64,000 nt of DNA from assembly GCA_026770705.1 (NCBI GenBank), contig JANJGN010000009.1:163618001-163682000 (forward strand), written 5' to 3'. The DNA is from Isurus oxyrinchus. Lineage: Eukaryota. A program made the translations under genes and the position numbers. Position 1 is the first letter of the stretch. Each line of letters opens with the position of its first letter. Below the pieces are notes generated by a model. That model saw only the letters and a program-made list of their open reading frames with translations, was not told the origin of the DNA and made no database searches. Shown piece after piece: positions 24,501-36,050 of the stretch.

Positions 24501-26942
24501 TTCCAGGGTATTATTCACAGAATAGGGAAGTTCTCCTGGTGTCCTTGAAGCCTTTATTCCTCAACCAATACACACAAATTGGGAGCAGGAGCAGGCCACT
24601 TGGTCTTTTGAGCCTGTTAATGTCACTACAAAACAGATCATCTAGTGAATGTTTTACTGATGTTTGTGGGGCTTTATTGTGTAGGAATGAACTTCCACGT
24701 TTCCCAACATTAAAACTTTGGCTTTACTTCAAAAAAGTACTTCATAGGCTCTGAAGCACTTTGGAATATCCCAAGGTTGTGAAAGGTGATGAATCAGCAC
24801 AACTTGTTTCTTACTTTTTGAAACAAACCATTTATTAAAATACATCTGAACCAATTATCTGAGTGCAAACTGCAGGGGGGGGAGGGGGAGGGAGGAGCCA
24901 GTCCCAGCAGCAAGGTGGTCATTATAATTAAATGGTCCGAAAATCACTGGCAGGTTTGAGACATTCATGGTCAGTGGGTGAAGATTCTCATCTTTACTGC
25001 AAGCTCAGAAAACTGCCCCCAAAGTGCAGAAAGTGACCATTGCCAGTATTAGGATGTGACTGTTTAATGTGTTCACATGAAATTCATGTCAAGAATGTGT
25101 ATCTCTGGATTGCAGTCCACCAACTTGAGCCCTTACCAGGCCCACTTCTAACTCTGTCCCACCAACTCTCAGATATAGGAAAGAATGTGGAATTACCAGT
25201 AAAGATAGATCACCATCAGGTATCAGCAACCTCTCCACTTGTGACCAGAGAGGGGTAAATTACACAGAAATCAATTCTACCTGCCAGGCTTTTCCTCAAT
25301 TAATGAGGTTCCATTTGACAATGATGCTCTCTCAGTTGACTACAAGTGAAAATGAGGTGAATCTGAATGTTATTCCCTTGTGTCAACAGGACCTGAGTAT
25401 TGTTGTGAAGCTTGTACAAGAGTATCACCAACTACATATTTGACAAGTACAGATATAATTTCCACTACCAATCGAGCCACAACTTCAGATCCCGAAAATG
25501 CTGAAAGGTACAATGTTCTCATGGATTGGCATTGCTTCCATATGTGAGAGATACAATTGGCCAAAGGAGTGAAAGTTGTTCATTAATTGTAAAGTAGCTC
25601 ATCAGAATGGAAATGGTGGCTGGGTTTATATCATGCTGTTGTGTTAGCTTCTTAATGAGGCTGCATTTTTCTGTTGGAAAATACAAGCAAGGAGTGAGCT
25701 TTTCCATTGTGTTGCCGCTCAGATGGTGTTTTTTGCCTTATTCACCTTGATTACTTCACCGCTAAGGTAACCTCACAGTGTGTGAGGAGTTGTACTTGTC
25801 AAACTTACCTTGCTGCTGTCTACACTGACAGAGTGGTTGTATTTGGGCTGATGAAAAGGAAGAATTAGCGTGATATATCTGCACATCCCTTGGTTTCACT
25901 AATGAGAGACATCTTGCAACTCTGGTCCCGTTTCCATATGATTAGCCTGAGCTGTCGACAATAAGTAGCAGAAATTGTAGTCCGATGTAAACACTCAGGA
26001 ACCGGGTCTTTGAAGTTACAATGGTGATAAAGAGAAAACGCCAACTAAATGTCAAACAGAAAGAGGGACAGTTGGAAATGGGCAGCAGGTATGTCCGCAG
26101 CTGTGGAGAAAATAAACACGTTCATGGTTTGGGTGCAGACACTTCTTCAGAATTCTAGTCCACACACGAAGCGAAGCAGGTCCACTCACCCCACAGATCC
26201 CAACTGAGCTGCTGAATGTTTCCAGAATCTTCTGTTTTCCATTCATATTTCTAGCACATGCAGTGCACTTACTTTTATCCAGATTATTGTCAATGATTTA
26301 AAAAGTATTGAAAGTCTAGGGTCTGAATTTTCCGCTCGGCGGGGGTGGGGGTGGGGTAGAGCGGGAGCGAGCACGGGCAGCTGTGGACCCCATCGCCATC
26401 CACCATCGGGTTTTTGACGCCATTTTGCGCGGGCGGCCAATTTAGGCCATCCCAGCGTATTTCCCGGCTCCCGAGGATAGCGGCAGTGGGCGAGAAGCGG
26501 GGGGTGTGCACAGACAACCGGGTCCAATGGTGACCCAGCGGCCTGTTTAAATGAAGGCCTGGCAGCCTGTTCCAGCTGCTCACAATGGCCAGTGCAAAGA
26601 ATTTTCACTTACAATTCCGCTTAGCCTTACAGTTAGACATTATGGACATGCTAAAGAAATTTGCTTCGTTTGATTTTTATCTAATGATCATGAAGTTGAT
26701 AAGTAGAACTTTAGTTGATTCTTTCAGCTAAAGTCCCTTGTCTACTTTATGTTGCTGCAAAAAATTACAGTGTAAAGCGGAGAGTCATGTTTCAAAAATG
26801 AAACAGTCTCATTTCATTTAAATGGTTTGATATTTCTTCTCTTTTGCTCAGTTACATTATCTGGGATGTGATACGCTGGGTGCTCTTTACTCTCCTGGTG
26901 ATTTGTGCTGTTTCGGGCACATGGTGTACGAGAAAATCTAAG
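15557..26942 (+). CDS. Copy 1 spliced gene: CD300/pIgR-like (CMRF35-like/MDIR-like) two-Ig-domain type I receptor. Exons 15557-15593, 17453-17767, 22736-23065, 25390-25507, 26852-26942, plus uncertain cytoplasmic exon(s)
   Basis: Five GT-AG exons join in compatible phases (1,1,1,2,0) into 297 stop-free codons: MWILILLISSLPVSGALWAKDRV...CHY...KYWCRGWTRQC...DTGWYSC...ISYEPVSVPVL...YYCTASN...GNIGPEYCCEACTRVSPTT...ENAESYIIWDVIRWVLFTLLVICAVSGTWCTRKSK. Confidence 0.88.
17453..17767 (+). CDS. Copy 1 exon 2, V-type Ig domain of the CD300/pIgR/TREM class
   Basis: Acceptor ttgtctcctcag. Motifs ITIEC-H-Y, KYWC-x6-C (extra C-C' disulfide), RISVTD and DTGWYSC. Phase-1 donor G|GTACAT. Confidence 0.93.
18045..20745. 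mobile_element. Rearranged Harbinger-family fragments in intron 2; unit B copy at ~46963-49657
   Basis: 18630-20190 is clearly similar to 32720-34080 (e.g. MSQLLEL..Q/PAREHQEG..AA.LRLQG.MEES). 20570-20745 resembles the Myb first exon on the + strand. Confidence 0.7.
18855..19071 (+). mobile_element. 5'-truncated L1/Tx1-like retroelement (217 bp) with a 15-bp TSD; unit B copy at 47767-47983
   Basis: Flanked by CTAC(T/A)TCT(C/T)CTCAAC at 18840-18854 and 19072-19086. The related uninterrupted site is at ~32931-32946. The insert reads HAVSGSTVETF..W / GLGSFIQPLNHILV* plus a T-rich 3' UTR. Confidence 0.65.
22736..23065 (+). CDS. Copy 1 exon 3, C2/I-type Ig domain (FcRL/PECAM-like)
   Basis: Acceptor tttctttctttccaacag. 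Sequence EPVSVPVL...VSVSCES..GSLPIQYTWY...YYCTASN. Sequons NVS, NLT, NVT. Donor G|GTAAGT. Confidence 0.9.
25390..25507 (+). CDS. Copy 1 exon 4, Cys-containing Thr/Ser-rich stalk
   Basis: Acceptor ttattcccttgtgtcaacag. Reads GPEYCCEACTRVSPTTYLTSTDIISTTNRATTSDPENAE. Phase 1 in, phase 2 out (AG|GTACAA), matching the TM exon phase. Confidence 0.8.
26852..26942 (+). CDS. Copy 1 exon 5, transmembrane segment with Asp and Arg
   Basis: Acceptor tttcttctcttttgctcag. Reads SYIIWDVIRWVLFTLLVICAVSGTWCTRKSK, with a basic stop-transfer motif and donor AAG|GTGAGA. Confidence 0.88.
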
Positions 26943-26987
26943 GTGAGAGTTATGGACTGTATAAGAATCATTATGGGCAGTTTGCAA

Positions 26988-27912
26988 TGTTATGATGTGG
27001 CAGATGATGTGTGTCAGGCAGACCAAATCCACGAGTGAAACTTGGTCGAGCTGTCACAACGGTTTTGCAATTTATATTTATTATGAGATGCATGCACTGA
27101 ATTCAGACACCATAAGTCTACCAAACTTTTAGAGATTTAAAAAATATATCGTTAAATATATTTATTAGCAAAAGATAGATTTCAATTACATACATAAGTC
27201 TACTAATTTCTTCTATAATAACTCGTAAAATTCCTAATTAGCCTCACTCCCAGTTACACCTCCTTTAAGGCAACTGTACAAAGAATAGATATTAGGTTTC
27301 AAGCAGATCCAGCAAATTGACACAATGATCTAGACAGTGGAATTCCAAATGGCTTTCACCAGCTTCAGTTTCGTTAGACAGCAGGCTTATGCACAAATGC
27401 TGGAGGCTTCATTAAGGCTACTTCAAACACATCTGTTAGGTCTCATATGGACTTCTCCTGACACATAGCCTCATTCTCCTTTATATATGTTTCCCTCTAT
27501 TTAACATGTAAACCCTATTGTTTCAGATACCTTTGAAACTGTGTCTTCCTCACAATGTAAAAACTTTCATGTCGATACTATATATTGTCAGTAACCTTTG
27601 AGATAAAGAAACACATTCCTTCATCTTGCTTAGCTGCCTAATTGTAAAGAGACTAAAATACTTTTGAAATCCAAATCTCCCTTCATTTATCTAAAAAGGC
27701 AAATTCCCTTTACACTTTACTTGCTAAACCAGTATCCATGTTTACTCATTAGCATGTCAAATACCTAGCTTCTTTTGTTGAGTTATATCATGCCATCTAC
27801 CTGATTCCAAATGTAATTAAATCTCACACAGACAGACCCAAACACTTACCCCCATAAACCGACTCCACAATAAAGCAGAAAATATTATGAAAATTATTAT
27901 ACTTTCATGACA
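26988..27912 (-). mobile_element. Solo LTR (925 bp) in the intron after the TM exon; unit B copy at 56901-57825
   Basis: Termini TGTTATGA...TCATGACA, flanks GCAA/GTAA. Minus-strand TATATAAAG (~27480-27488) lies upstream of a minus-strand AATAAA (~27161-27166). Confidence 0.65.
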
Positions 27913-28015
27913 GTAAATTCTCCATCAATTATTTCAAAAACATTGATCACAGATATTGTCAAGAAAAACTTGCATTGATGTTAAGGTCCACAGATTGAAA
28001 CAAGGTGTTTTACAG

Positions 28016-28058
28016 ATTCTATGGGCAGAATCATCTGAGATTTGCACAAAATGCCGTA
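28016..28058 (+). CDS. Copy 1 candidate cytoplasmic exon (ILWAESSEICTKCR)
   Basis: Flanked by gtgttttacag and GTGAGT, open in phase 0, and lying in non-repeat sequence between TEs. Not otherwise validated. Confidence 0.35.
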
Positions 28059-28229
28059 GTGAGTGGGAAAAAGGACATCCCGGGTGTGAAAAAACAGCAC
28101 AGACCAAGACCCTGATTTCCCAGTTTTTACTGGTGTTCCATGTTAAAGTATATGAGCCCCACTCAGGCCCGTATTCTTATTTCCCATTTTTTACTGTTTG
28201 TCCCTTCTGGGATATTATCCGCCGGCTGC

Positions 28230-28960
28230 AATGGCAGATTTTCACACCTTATTATCCTATTCCTGGCACATCCCACCTCATTAATTATGCGTTCACTGGA
28301 AACACACCGGGTCGCTGGTGGGAAGGCCTCTGACGCGCCACCCCACCGTCACCTCAGGCCTTCATTTATCCAGACGCCCTATTTAAAGGCCGTTCCTGCA
28401 GAGAGATAGCTCTCTCTAAGGCATCAGAAACTGCTAGGAATTCATAGCTGCCAAAGGGAGGAAACATGTTGCATCCAAAATTGAGCACTGCCTCCCTCAG
28501 CCTACTGGGCACTGTGAGAGCTGCCGTGAAGTCCTCTACCCCAATTCTAGGCGAAGACCAACAAGCACAGCAACAAATCTAGCATGGGTGGTGGTGGCAG
28601 CAGTGGTCAGTGCCAATGCACTGCTAAAGAGGACAGCCACCCAGCGCTGAAAGAGGATGAATGGTCACCTTCTTTTTGCTAGGTTAAATCACTTTTCTCA
28701 TCACTCACAACTCAAAAACCCATCACACATTCACTGGGATCTCACTCAATACCAGTTCAAGGGACATCACCATTCTCCCTCTCACACACACCTTCCTCTG
28801 CCCTGCCGATCCTGTCTTCATCCATGGCACCACTTACCACCCACACGTGCCGGGTGCCCTCCTCATGTGGCCTGGCAGGCACCCTGCTTACGCTCTCTCC
28901 ATCTGTTTTCCTGCAGAACAAGCTGGATGATGTCAGGGATCTGACACTTACTGAGAATAT
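28230..28960 (+). mobile_element. Harbinger Myb/SANT-like gene fragment; unit B copy at ~58143-58873
   Basis: AWVVVAAVVSANALLKRTATQR*KRMN matches the Myb exon at 34392-34600. Confidence 0.65.
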
Positions 28961-30200
28961 AGGAGTCACGGACACTCCCTTGGAATCGCACGCAGACCCG
29001 TGGAAGCTCTTGCTGTTTGTTTAAATATTTCTTGCCATTCCATCTCATAATCATCTTTCTCCCTCTTTATTCATTTTTTGGTCATCCGCTGCTGGTTCCT
29101 AAAAAGTTCCTAATCCTCAAGCATACCATTAGTTTTCCCCCCTTTTTATACTTTAGTTGTTGATTGGATACTCTCCTTGACTGCCGTCGTTAACCATGGG
29201 TGGTTCATCCTTCTCATCAAGTCCTTCCTTTTGAGCGGGATAAATTTTTTCTGAGCGTTATGAAATATTTACTTAAATGTCTGCCACTGCTCACCCACTG
29301 ACCTTCCTGTTAGTCTATTCTCCCAGCCAACTCTTCCTTCATAACTCTGTAATTGGCCTTATTTAGGTTGAGGACACTGGTTTTAGAGACGAGCTGCTCA
29401 CCCTCAAACAGAATTTCAAATTCTACAATGTTGTGTGATCGCTATCCCCTAGAGGATCCCTAACTACACGATCTCTTATGAATCCTACCTCATTACGCAT
29501 TGCTAGATGCAAAATAGCCTGTTCCCAAGTAGGTTATGCAACATATTGCTGAAAGAAACTATCCTTGGTACACTCTACAAATTTGTCTTCCAAGTTAGCC
29601 CTGCCTATCTGATTTCTCCAGTCAATATGCAGATTAAAATAATCCATGACAATTGTAGAACCCTTCTTACATGCCTACATTATTTCCCAATTTATGCTTT
29701 GTCCTACAGTGAGCAAACTCTTTGGAGGCCCATAGATGAGTCCAACGCATGGCTCGTTCCCCTTACTAATTGTTATTTCTACCCAAACTGATTCCACATC
29801 ACGATCTATGCCAGCTATGTCACCACCGCACTGATACCTTCATTTATTAACAAAGCTACCCCACCTCCTTTTCCTTTTTGCCATTTTTTCCGGATTGTCG
29901 AATACCCTTGAATATTGAATTCCCAGTCTTGGTCACCCTGCAACCATGTCTCTGTCATGGCTATCAAGTCATATCCATATATTTCTATTTGTGCCGTCAA
30001 CTCATCTGCCTGCATTCAGATAACATGCCTTAAGCTTGGATTGTTTACCATTATTGCTCATTCTGGTTCTCATTTCTGCTGCACTCTTCTGCTCCTTGTC
30101 CTGCCCCTTCTCATCATACTTTGATTACCATTCGCCTCTTCACTACCCTGTACTTCTGCTCTCTCATTTCCTTTAGATGTTTTAAACTTCCCTTCAATTG
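28960..30200 (-). mobile_element. CR1 LINE fragment (endonuclease region); unit B copy at ~58873-60113
   Basis: ADELTAQIEIYGYDLIAMTETWLQGDQDWEFNIQGY...GKGGGVALLI. Confidence 0.85.
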
Positions 30201-30720
30201 TCCCTGTTACTATGATCCCATGTAACCCATCCATAATAGAAACATTCCATAGTTTAATCTAATCTTCCAAAATAATCGATACAAGAAAAGGAAGCGAGGA
30301 AATGAAGGCAGAATCTAACAGAGCACCAGGGATGATTGTTTTTCAACAAGAACACAAGGAGACGTAAAATTATACAGACTGCAACAGGAGACTGAGATAC
30401 AGACCCAAGAGAATTGTTACTGGAAGCAGCAATTGCACTGTATAAAATATATTTAATAAAGTAGCCACAGCAATCAATTTCTACCCAAAACGCCAGTTGC
30501 AGGGGAACATTAGTTACCCATGAGAAAATGGTGTTACATCTCTTCAAGAGGGGCACAACTGATAACTTTTCCCAGCACACATGCAATGGGTGAGGAGTGT
30601 GATGTTGCCACAGCTCCAGCTCATCACAAGCTTTGCCTCGATTTGTCGGCATAGCCAGAATTCTGTTCACATGTAAAATAATGCATCGTTCTCAGTCTCA
30701 ATTAATCTGGTGATTTTCAG

Positions 30721-30875
30721 TTCCAGACACTCAACGAATCAGATCCTCACAGCTTGACCTAAGAGGGAAAATGAAGATTCCGGGGTTACATCTACATTGA
30801 TGGAATTTTTCATCCTGACAAAATATTCATTATTCGTCGAGCTTTGAATTTCTTTTAATAATTCTACAGAATAAA
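30721..30875 (+). CDS. Copy 1 candidate terminal exon (FQTLNESDPHSLT* in phase 0, or IPDTQRIRSSQLDLRGKMKIPGLHLH* in phase 1) followed by AATAAA
   Basis: Acceptor tgattttcag in unique sequence, and AATAAA at 30870-30875. The reading frame depends on whether 28016-28058 is used. Confidence 0.35.
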
Positions 30876-31096
30876 AATCGATTTTCTCATCAAATAATTT
30901 TGACCATTAAATTAGTGGAGCAATCAAAAAGCAAAATGATGGCTGCGAACTTCAAATTGTATATCTACATCCTGACAATAATTTCTCTGTTTGCTGCCTT
31001 AGTGTCTACACAACTTTATTTCTTGTTTTAAGACTATCAAATTCTTTAAGAAATAAGCAACTTGAAAAGTTCATTTATTGGAAACCAATCGCTTCA

Positions 31097-34000
31097 TATT
31101 ATGATGCAGCTGAGCTAAATGCTGAGCGGTTCAAATCCAGGAGGGAAACTTGAACCAACTGTCATAACTAACTGTTGCAAATTGTATGATGAAGGTGCAG
31201 GCTTTAAATTCAGTAGTAATAAGACGACTGAGTCTCAACAGGTTTTTATAAAACTAAATTAAACATTTATTAATACAAGAAAGATTGTGAGCACATGCAT
31301 ATGTTGACAAAATTACTACTATAATGTCTACAAAAATCCCCTAATTAATCTGGCTCCAAGTTATACCTCCGTTAAGGCATCAGTAAAACACATGGATTTA
31401 AACAGACCCTGGGCAAAGCTCACTCTGGACAGTCACATTCAAATTGAGTTTCTTTCAGCTCTGGGTCTTTGCAGACAGCGGCTTGAGGCTTACGGACTGG
31501 AGGCTTTAGTTCTTAGAATCGCTCTCCTTTTTACCAACAGCCTTCTAATCCTTTTTACATATTTTTCTCTTTGAATGCAATTTTCATTCTACCACTATTT
31601 CATTTGAAATTTTAACACTTCAAATAATAAGACACTTTCATGCGACCCACTTTATTAGTAATCCTTGGGAAAAATAAACAAACACACAGTTTCTGAGCTT
31701 CACCTGGTTAGGTGTAATATTTCACACCATCTCTGAACCCAAGGTAGGGGAGTTAGTTTAAAGAAAAAATGCAAATTGCCCCCATATTTACCTAAGTAAC
31801 ATTTCAAACCTACTCCTTTTCTATACATCAAAGCCTCTAGACAAGCTGGCTTTAATCCAATTAGGACACACACACACACAGAGGGCAGGATTTTCCGAGC
31901 CCGCTGGCAGCAGGTGTAATAAGTGGCATGTGTGGATAATATGGTGTGAGCTGCTTCACAATGGCAGCATGAAGGCAGGTTGTGATCGTCCGCTCAGCCC
32001 ACCTACAGCGGGTCGTGCTTCCCGCTATCGGTCAGCGGGGAGCTAATTGTTATACATCAGCATGTAATTAAAAGGCCATCCTGCCAGGCTCTTGGAACCC
32101 GGCCGTATCCTCTGTCCACGTTAGCGGGAAAGCACGCCGACGTGATTCACAACAGCACACAGGCAATTTGTACCTGGTGGCCTTGACTCTGGGGGAAATG
32201 GGGTGAGTGAGCAGCAGCGTTCTCCACAGCTTGCCTGTTGTTTACAGGCTTCAGGGATGCCTGACCCCGGATGTGACTGCTGAGAGGGGGGTCTCCGGGG
32301 GGGGTAAGAGCTGGCCAGCCTTGAAATGCTGAGGGCAAGGTGTCTAGTGGCAAGTGCTGGCTGCCTTGGAGGTGGATACTGAGGGGGAGATGTCCAGGGT
32401 CATGTGATGACCAACCTCAGAGGCGAATGGTGTCGGTGGCTCCATGCTCAGGACCATCTCAGATGCAGCCATGAAACCTTAGACGCATCTGGTGCTGTGT
32501 CCTCCTTCAGCAACTCAGCCCTTTCAGGAGCTGGTGCGCAGTATTACTGGTCACAGATGCTGGTGTGATGGGGGTCAGTCCCACCTTAAAGATGCTGAGA
32601 GCTCACAGTGAGAATGAGAGAACTCTGTGGGGCCTGCCCACTCCATTCTGGCAGCAATGCCCAGCACCGCCGAGGTGTGGGCATCAGTAATGTGTCCAGG
32701 GAGTGTGAGGCTGGACCATCACTGTTATCTGAAGGTTGCACAGAGCACAGGGAAAAGGCCCTGGACTCATACACCTGCCCTTTATCTTGCACAGGAAGGT
32801 TTCACATCTGAGTGACAAGAACACTGCTCATCAGAACAAGGAGCCACAGGCAGGGTGACGTTCTTCGGAGTTTACCAACAATAGTGAACAATATGTACAT
32901 GTGACCAACACCCGTACCCAGGCTGTGCAACTACATTTCCCTAACTTTCCTAACTCTATCACTACATCTTGCTGCTCCCCGGACATCCACAGCAGAGGTG
33001 GAGCTAACCTGCTGCATGTGACGCCCTGTCTGTGATGACACTGGTGGGCGTCCTCTGGAGGGCTGAGACTTGGTGGGCCCCGGCCTGCTTTCGGGGTCCT
33101 GCTGTGTGGTAGTGGCCCCCTCCTCGGCCTGGGGGGCTGGAGCTGCTGAGATCCTAGGAAGAGGGGAGTCGGGTTGGCCAGTCACTCCCAGAACCTCCTG
33201 AGTCGATGGCCCCGGAGTGTGTACCTGCTGCTCCTCCTCCCTATCGGTGTCTGATGGCCCCTGGCTGACTCTGAGAGCGGAGGGTGTAGCTGGAGTGAGA
33301 TTGAGCTAATTGTAACCCCTCTCTCATATACACTGTTGGAGGGTAAATATAGCATCAGCGATGGAGTTCACCATGCACAGCAGCACAGGAGTGACGTCCT
33401 GGGCCAAGGTCTCCATGGCAGCTGCCATCCTGCCAGTGTTGACCTCGGTGTATTGCAGCGCCGGAGTTATCACCTCAACCTGAAGATAGACGGACCCCTC
33501 CATCATGCCTTGCAATCTGAGGAGTGCAGCGGGCATCCCTTCCTGATGTTCCCGAGCTTGCCTTTGCAATTCCAGTAACTGTGACATGACCGAGCCCAGA
33601 GGCTGTCATCTGACTCGGACTCAGCAACATTGTGGCCTCCAGCATCCTCTGAGGGGCAGGGGACCTGGGAAGTCCCTGCCTCCACCTGCTGTAGATCAAA
33701 CAGTGCGATGTGCTCCCAGATTGTGATCCTCAGGCTACTCTAAAGCTAGGTCCCACTGAGGTGTGTGTCTCTGCGCTGGCAGAGGCTGTGGGTGAGCTCT
33801 GTGACGGAACTTCAGGGAGAGTGCCTTCCGATTCCTCTTCAGAGGTTTCTTCAGGAGACCCTGGGTCATGGACTCTGTCGGCTGCTTCCCAGATGTGTCT
33901 GTGAAAGCAAGGGGAGATAATGAGTGCATGGCAGTGGCCTGTGATAAAGGACACATCACTCACAGCATGGTTATCTGATGGGTGTTGCACCGCTGGACCC

Positions 34001-34988
34001 TCACTTGATAGGGCAGTGCCAACCTTACCATCAGCACAGGACCGGCCCCGATCATTGCCGGTCAGCTGGATGGCTCTGCTTTCGAATTCTGTCAGAACTT
34101 TGATCTCCGGCATCCCTCCACCTGTCTCTGACCTTTCCCCCCTGTTGTGTGCCTGTTTGTCCTGTGTGGATATGGATGGGGACAGTGTGTCAGGATGCCT
34201 GCAGGGGACAGATGATAAGTATGCCTGGCCTGTGTGGGTGGGGAGTGGTCCCGTGGATAGGGTGAGAACAATGAAGGTGTATGTGAACAGGTGAATGGTG
34301 ACGTCCCATGCACTGGCAGTGAGTGAGGGCCCTGTAGATGTGTGATGGGTTTGTGAGTGTGTGAATTGGGTTTGTGAAAAGAGTGACTTACCCTGGAGGA
34401 ACGGAGGAGATCATTCATCCTTTTGCGGTACTGGGTGACTGTCCTCCTCTGCAGGACGTTCACACTGACCACCGCTGCCTCCACCTCCCAAGCCGGGTTG
34501 GGTACTTTGCTGCCCACCCTGCGGTCAGAGCGTGGGGTAGAGCACATGCCGGTGCCCCTCCACGGCATCCAGCAGTCGCTTGAGGGACCCATCAATGAAG
34601 CAGGGGTCTGCAGTCTTTTTTCCCTCTGCTGGCCATGTCTCCCAGGCAGGGGTGGTGAGCTGGTGGCGATGAGCGCTTTGATGGTAGCTGCCTTTTAAAG
34701 ATGGTGGCCAGCGTGATGTAACAGCGGGGTGATGGTGCGTGGGCGAATGAGAGCCCGCTTGCCATGGAAACGGTGTGTTTCACGGGGGTGAATAAATAAT
34801 GAGCCGGGTTCAGGATGATATGGTGTGAAAACCCGTCATCTTCGTCGGCAGGTAGGACTCCATTTTACCCACCCGCTACCGCACTTAGTGCAATTCTGGG
34901 AAAATTCTGCCCACAGATACAGACACCACTAAACTCTCATTTAAAATAATTTCCAATAACATTATAAACATTAATATAATGCTTCACA
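31097..34988 (-). mobile_element. Related solo LTR, split by a Harbinger insertion; unit B copy starts at 61010
   Basis: Colinear similarity to 26988-27912 (e.g. caaatcca..gag.gaaacttg; tttatta). CTTCA direct repeat at 31092-31096 and 34989-34993. Confidence 0.55.
31883..34912 (-). mobile_element. PIF/Harbinger-type DNA transposon (3.0 kb) with a decayed intron-containing Myb/SANT-like gene
   Basis: 14-bp TIRs GGGCAGGATTTTCC / GGAAAATTCTGCCC. Minus-strand exons read ...AWEVEAAVVSVNVLQRRTVTQYRKRMNDLLRSSR|gtaagt (exon ends 34392) and cag|DKQAHNRGERSETGGGMPEIKVLTEFE (from 34161). No intact transposase recognised. Confidence 0.8.
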
Positions 34989-35599
34989 CTTCAATAATAT
35001 GTGTAACATGGGATGGAACCTTTATAACTGTAGAATGGGAGACCCACAGGTATAATAAAGAAGGTGTTTTCCTTTTAGAAACCTGATATGATCTTAATGT
35101 TATTATGTTATGATTTTTATCCATATTTTAGCAAATACAATCTACACTTGTGAGGAATTCCCTGTTTCCTAATGACCACAAGCGCAGTTTCAAGCACGAA
35201 GCCTGATTCCCTGTTTGACCACCTCCTCTCTTGCCCCCTCCATTGCCTCTGTGCTGTCAGACTGCCTGTCCAGCTGTTTGTCCAACAGCCAGTCCCAAAT
35301 TACAACTGAACATTGTGAAGACTGAAGCCACTGTCTTTGTCCCCACTACAAACACTTTTCCTTATAGCCACTGATTGTATGCACCTCCCTGTCCAATTGA
35401 GTTTTCATCCAATGTTGTTCTTACCTACAAATTCGACTGCTCCAATACCATCCTAGTTGACCTTACATCTTCCACCCTGAACCAACTTAAGCTCATCAAA
35501 ACCTTTGCTGCCAGTTTTACGATGAGTAAGGCTCTATATCAATGCAAGTTATTGTTCTTGTGCTCCACACTTCCCAGTAGGAAATAACATGTTGGACCA

Positions 35600-36050
35600 G
35601 AAAGTGCAGGAGAGGTTTAGAGGAATGGTTCCAAGAAGAAGCAACTTCAGTTACGAAGATAGATTGGAGAGATTGGGACTGTTCTCCTTGGGAAGGAGAA
35701 GGCTAAGAGGAGATTTAATCGAGGTGTTCAGAATCATGAGGGGGCTGGATAGAGTAGAGAGGGAGAAACTGTTCCCACTCGTAAAAGGGTTGAGAACAAG
35801 AGGGCACAGATTTAATGAGATTTGCAAGAGAAGCAACTGTGATGTGAGAAATGAACATTTCCACATGAGTAGCTCGAGTTTGGAAAGCGCTGCCTAGAGT
35901 GTGGTGGATGCAAGTTTAATTGAGTCTTTCAATGCAGCATTAGATTATTATTTGAATAGAAACAATGTGCAAGGATACAGGGAAAAATCAGGAGAATGGC
36001 ACGAAGTCATATTGCTCATTTGGAGAGCCAGTGCAGACACGATCGGCCAG
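35600..36050 (+). mobile_element. CR1 LINE 3' fragment
   Basis: VQERFRGMVP...SYEDRLERLGLFSLGRRRLRGDLIEVFRIMRG...TRGH. Confidence 0.85.

Larger units (their letters stand above)
11185..34092 (+). repeat. Segmental/tandem duplication unit A (part that aligns to 40109-64000)
   Basis: Colinear near-identity with 40109-64000, including shared TE insertions. Offsets are 28924 at the start, 28912 at ~22.4 kb and 29913-29916 afterwards. Confidence 0.95.

Noticed and set aside
30767-30799. ENEDSGVTSTL as a decayed ITIM (VTYSTL minus Tyr)
   Set aside because: It lacks the Tyr, lies behind a stop codon, and is in a frame not reached by my exon models. It is too speculative without paralog alignments.
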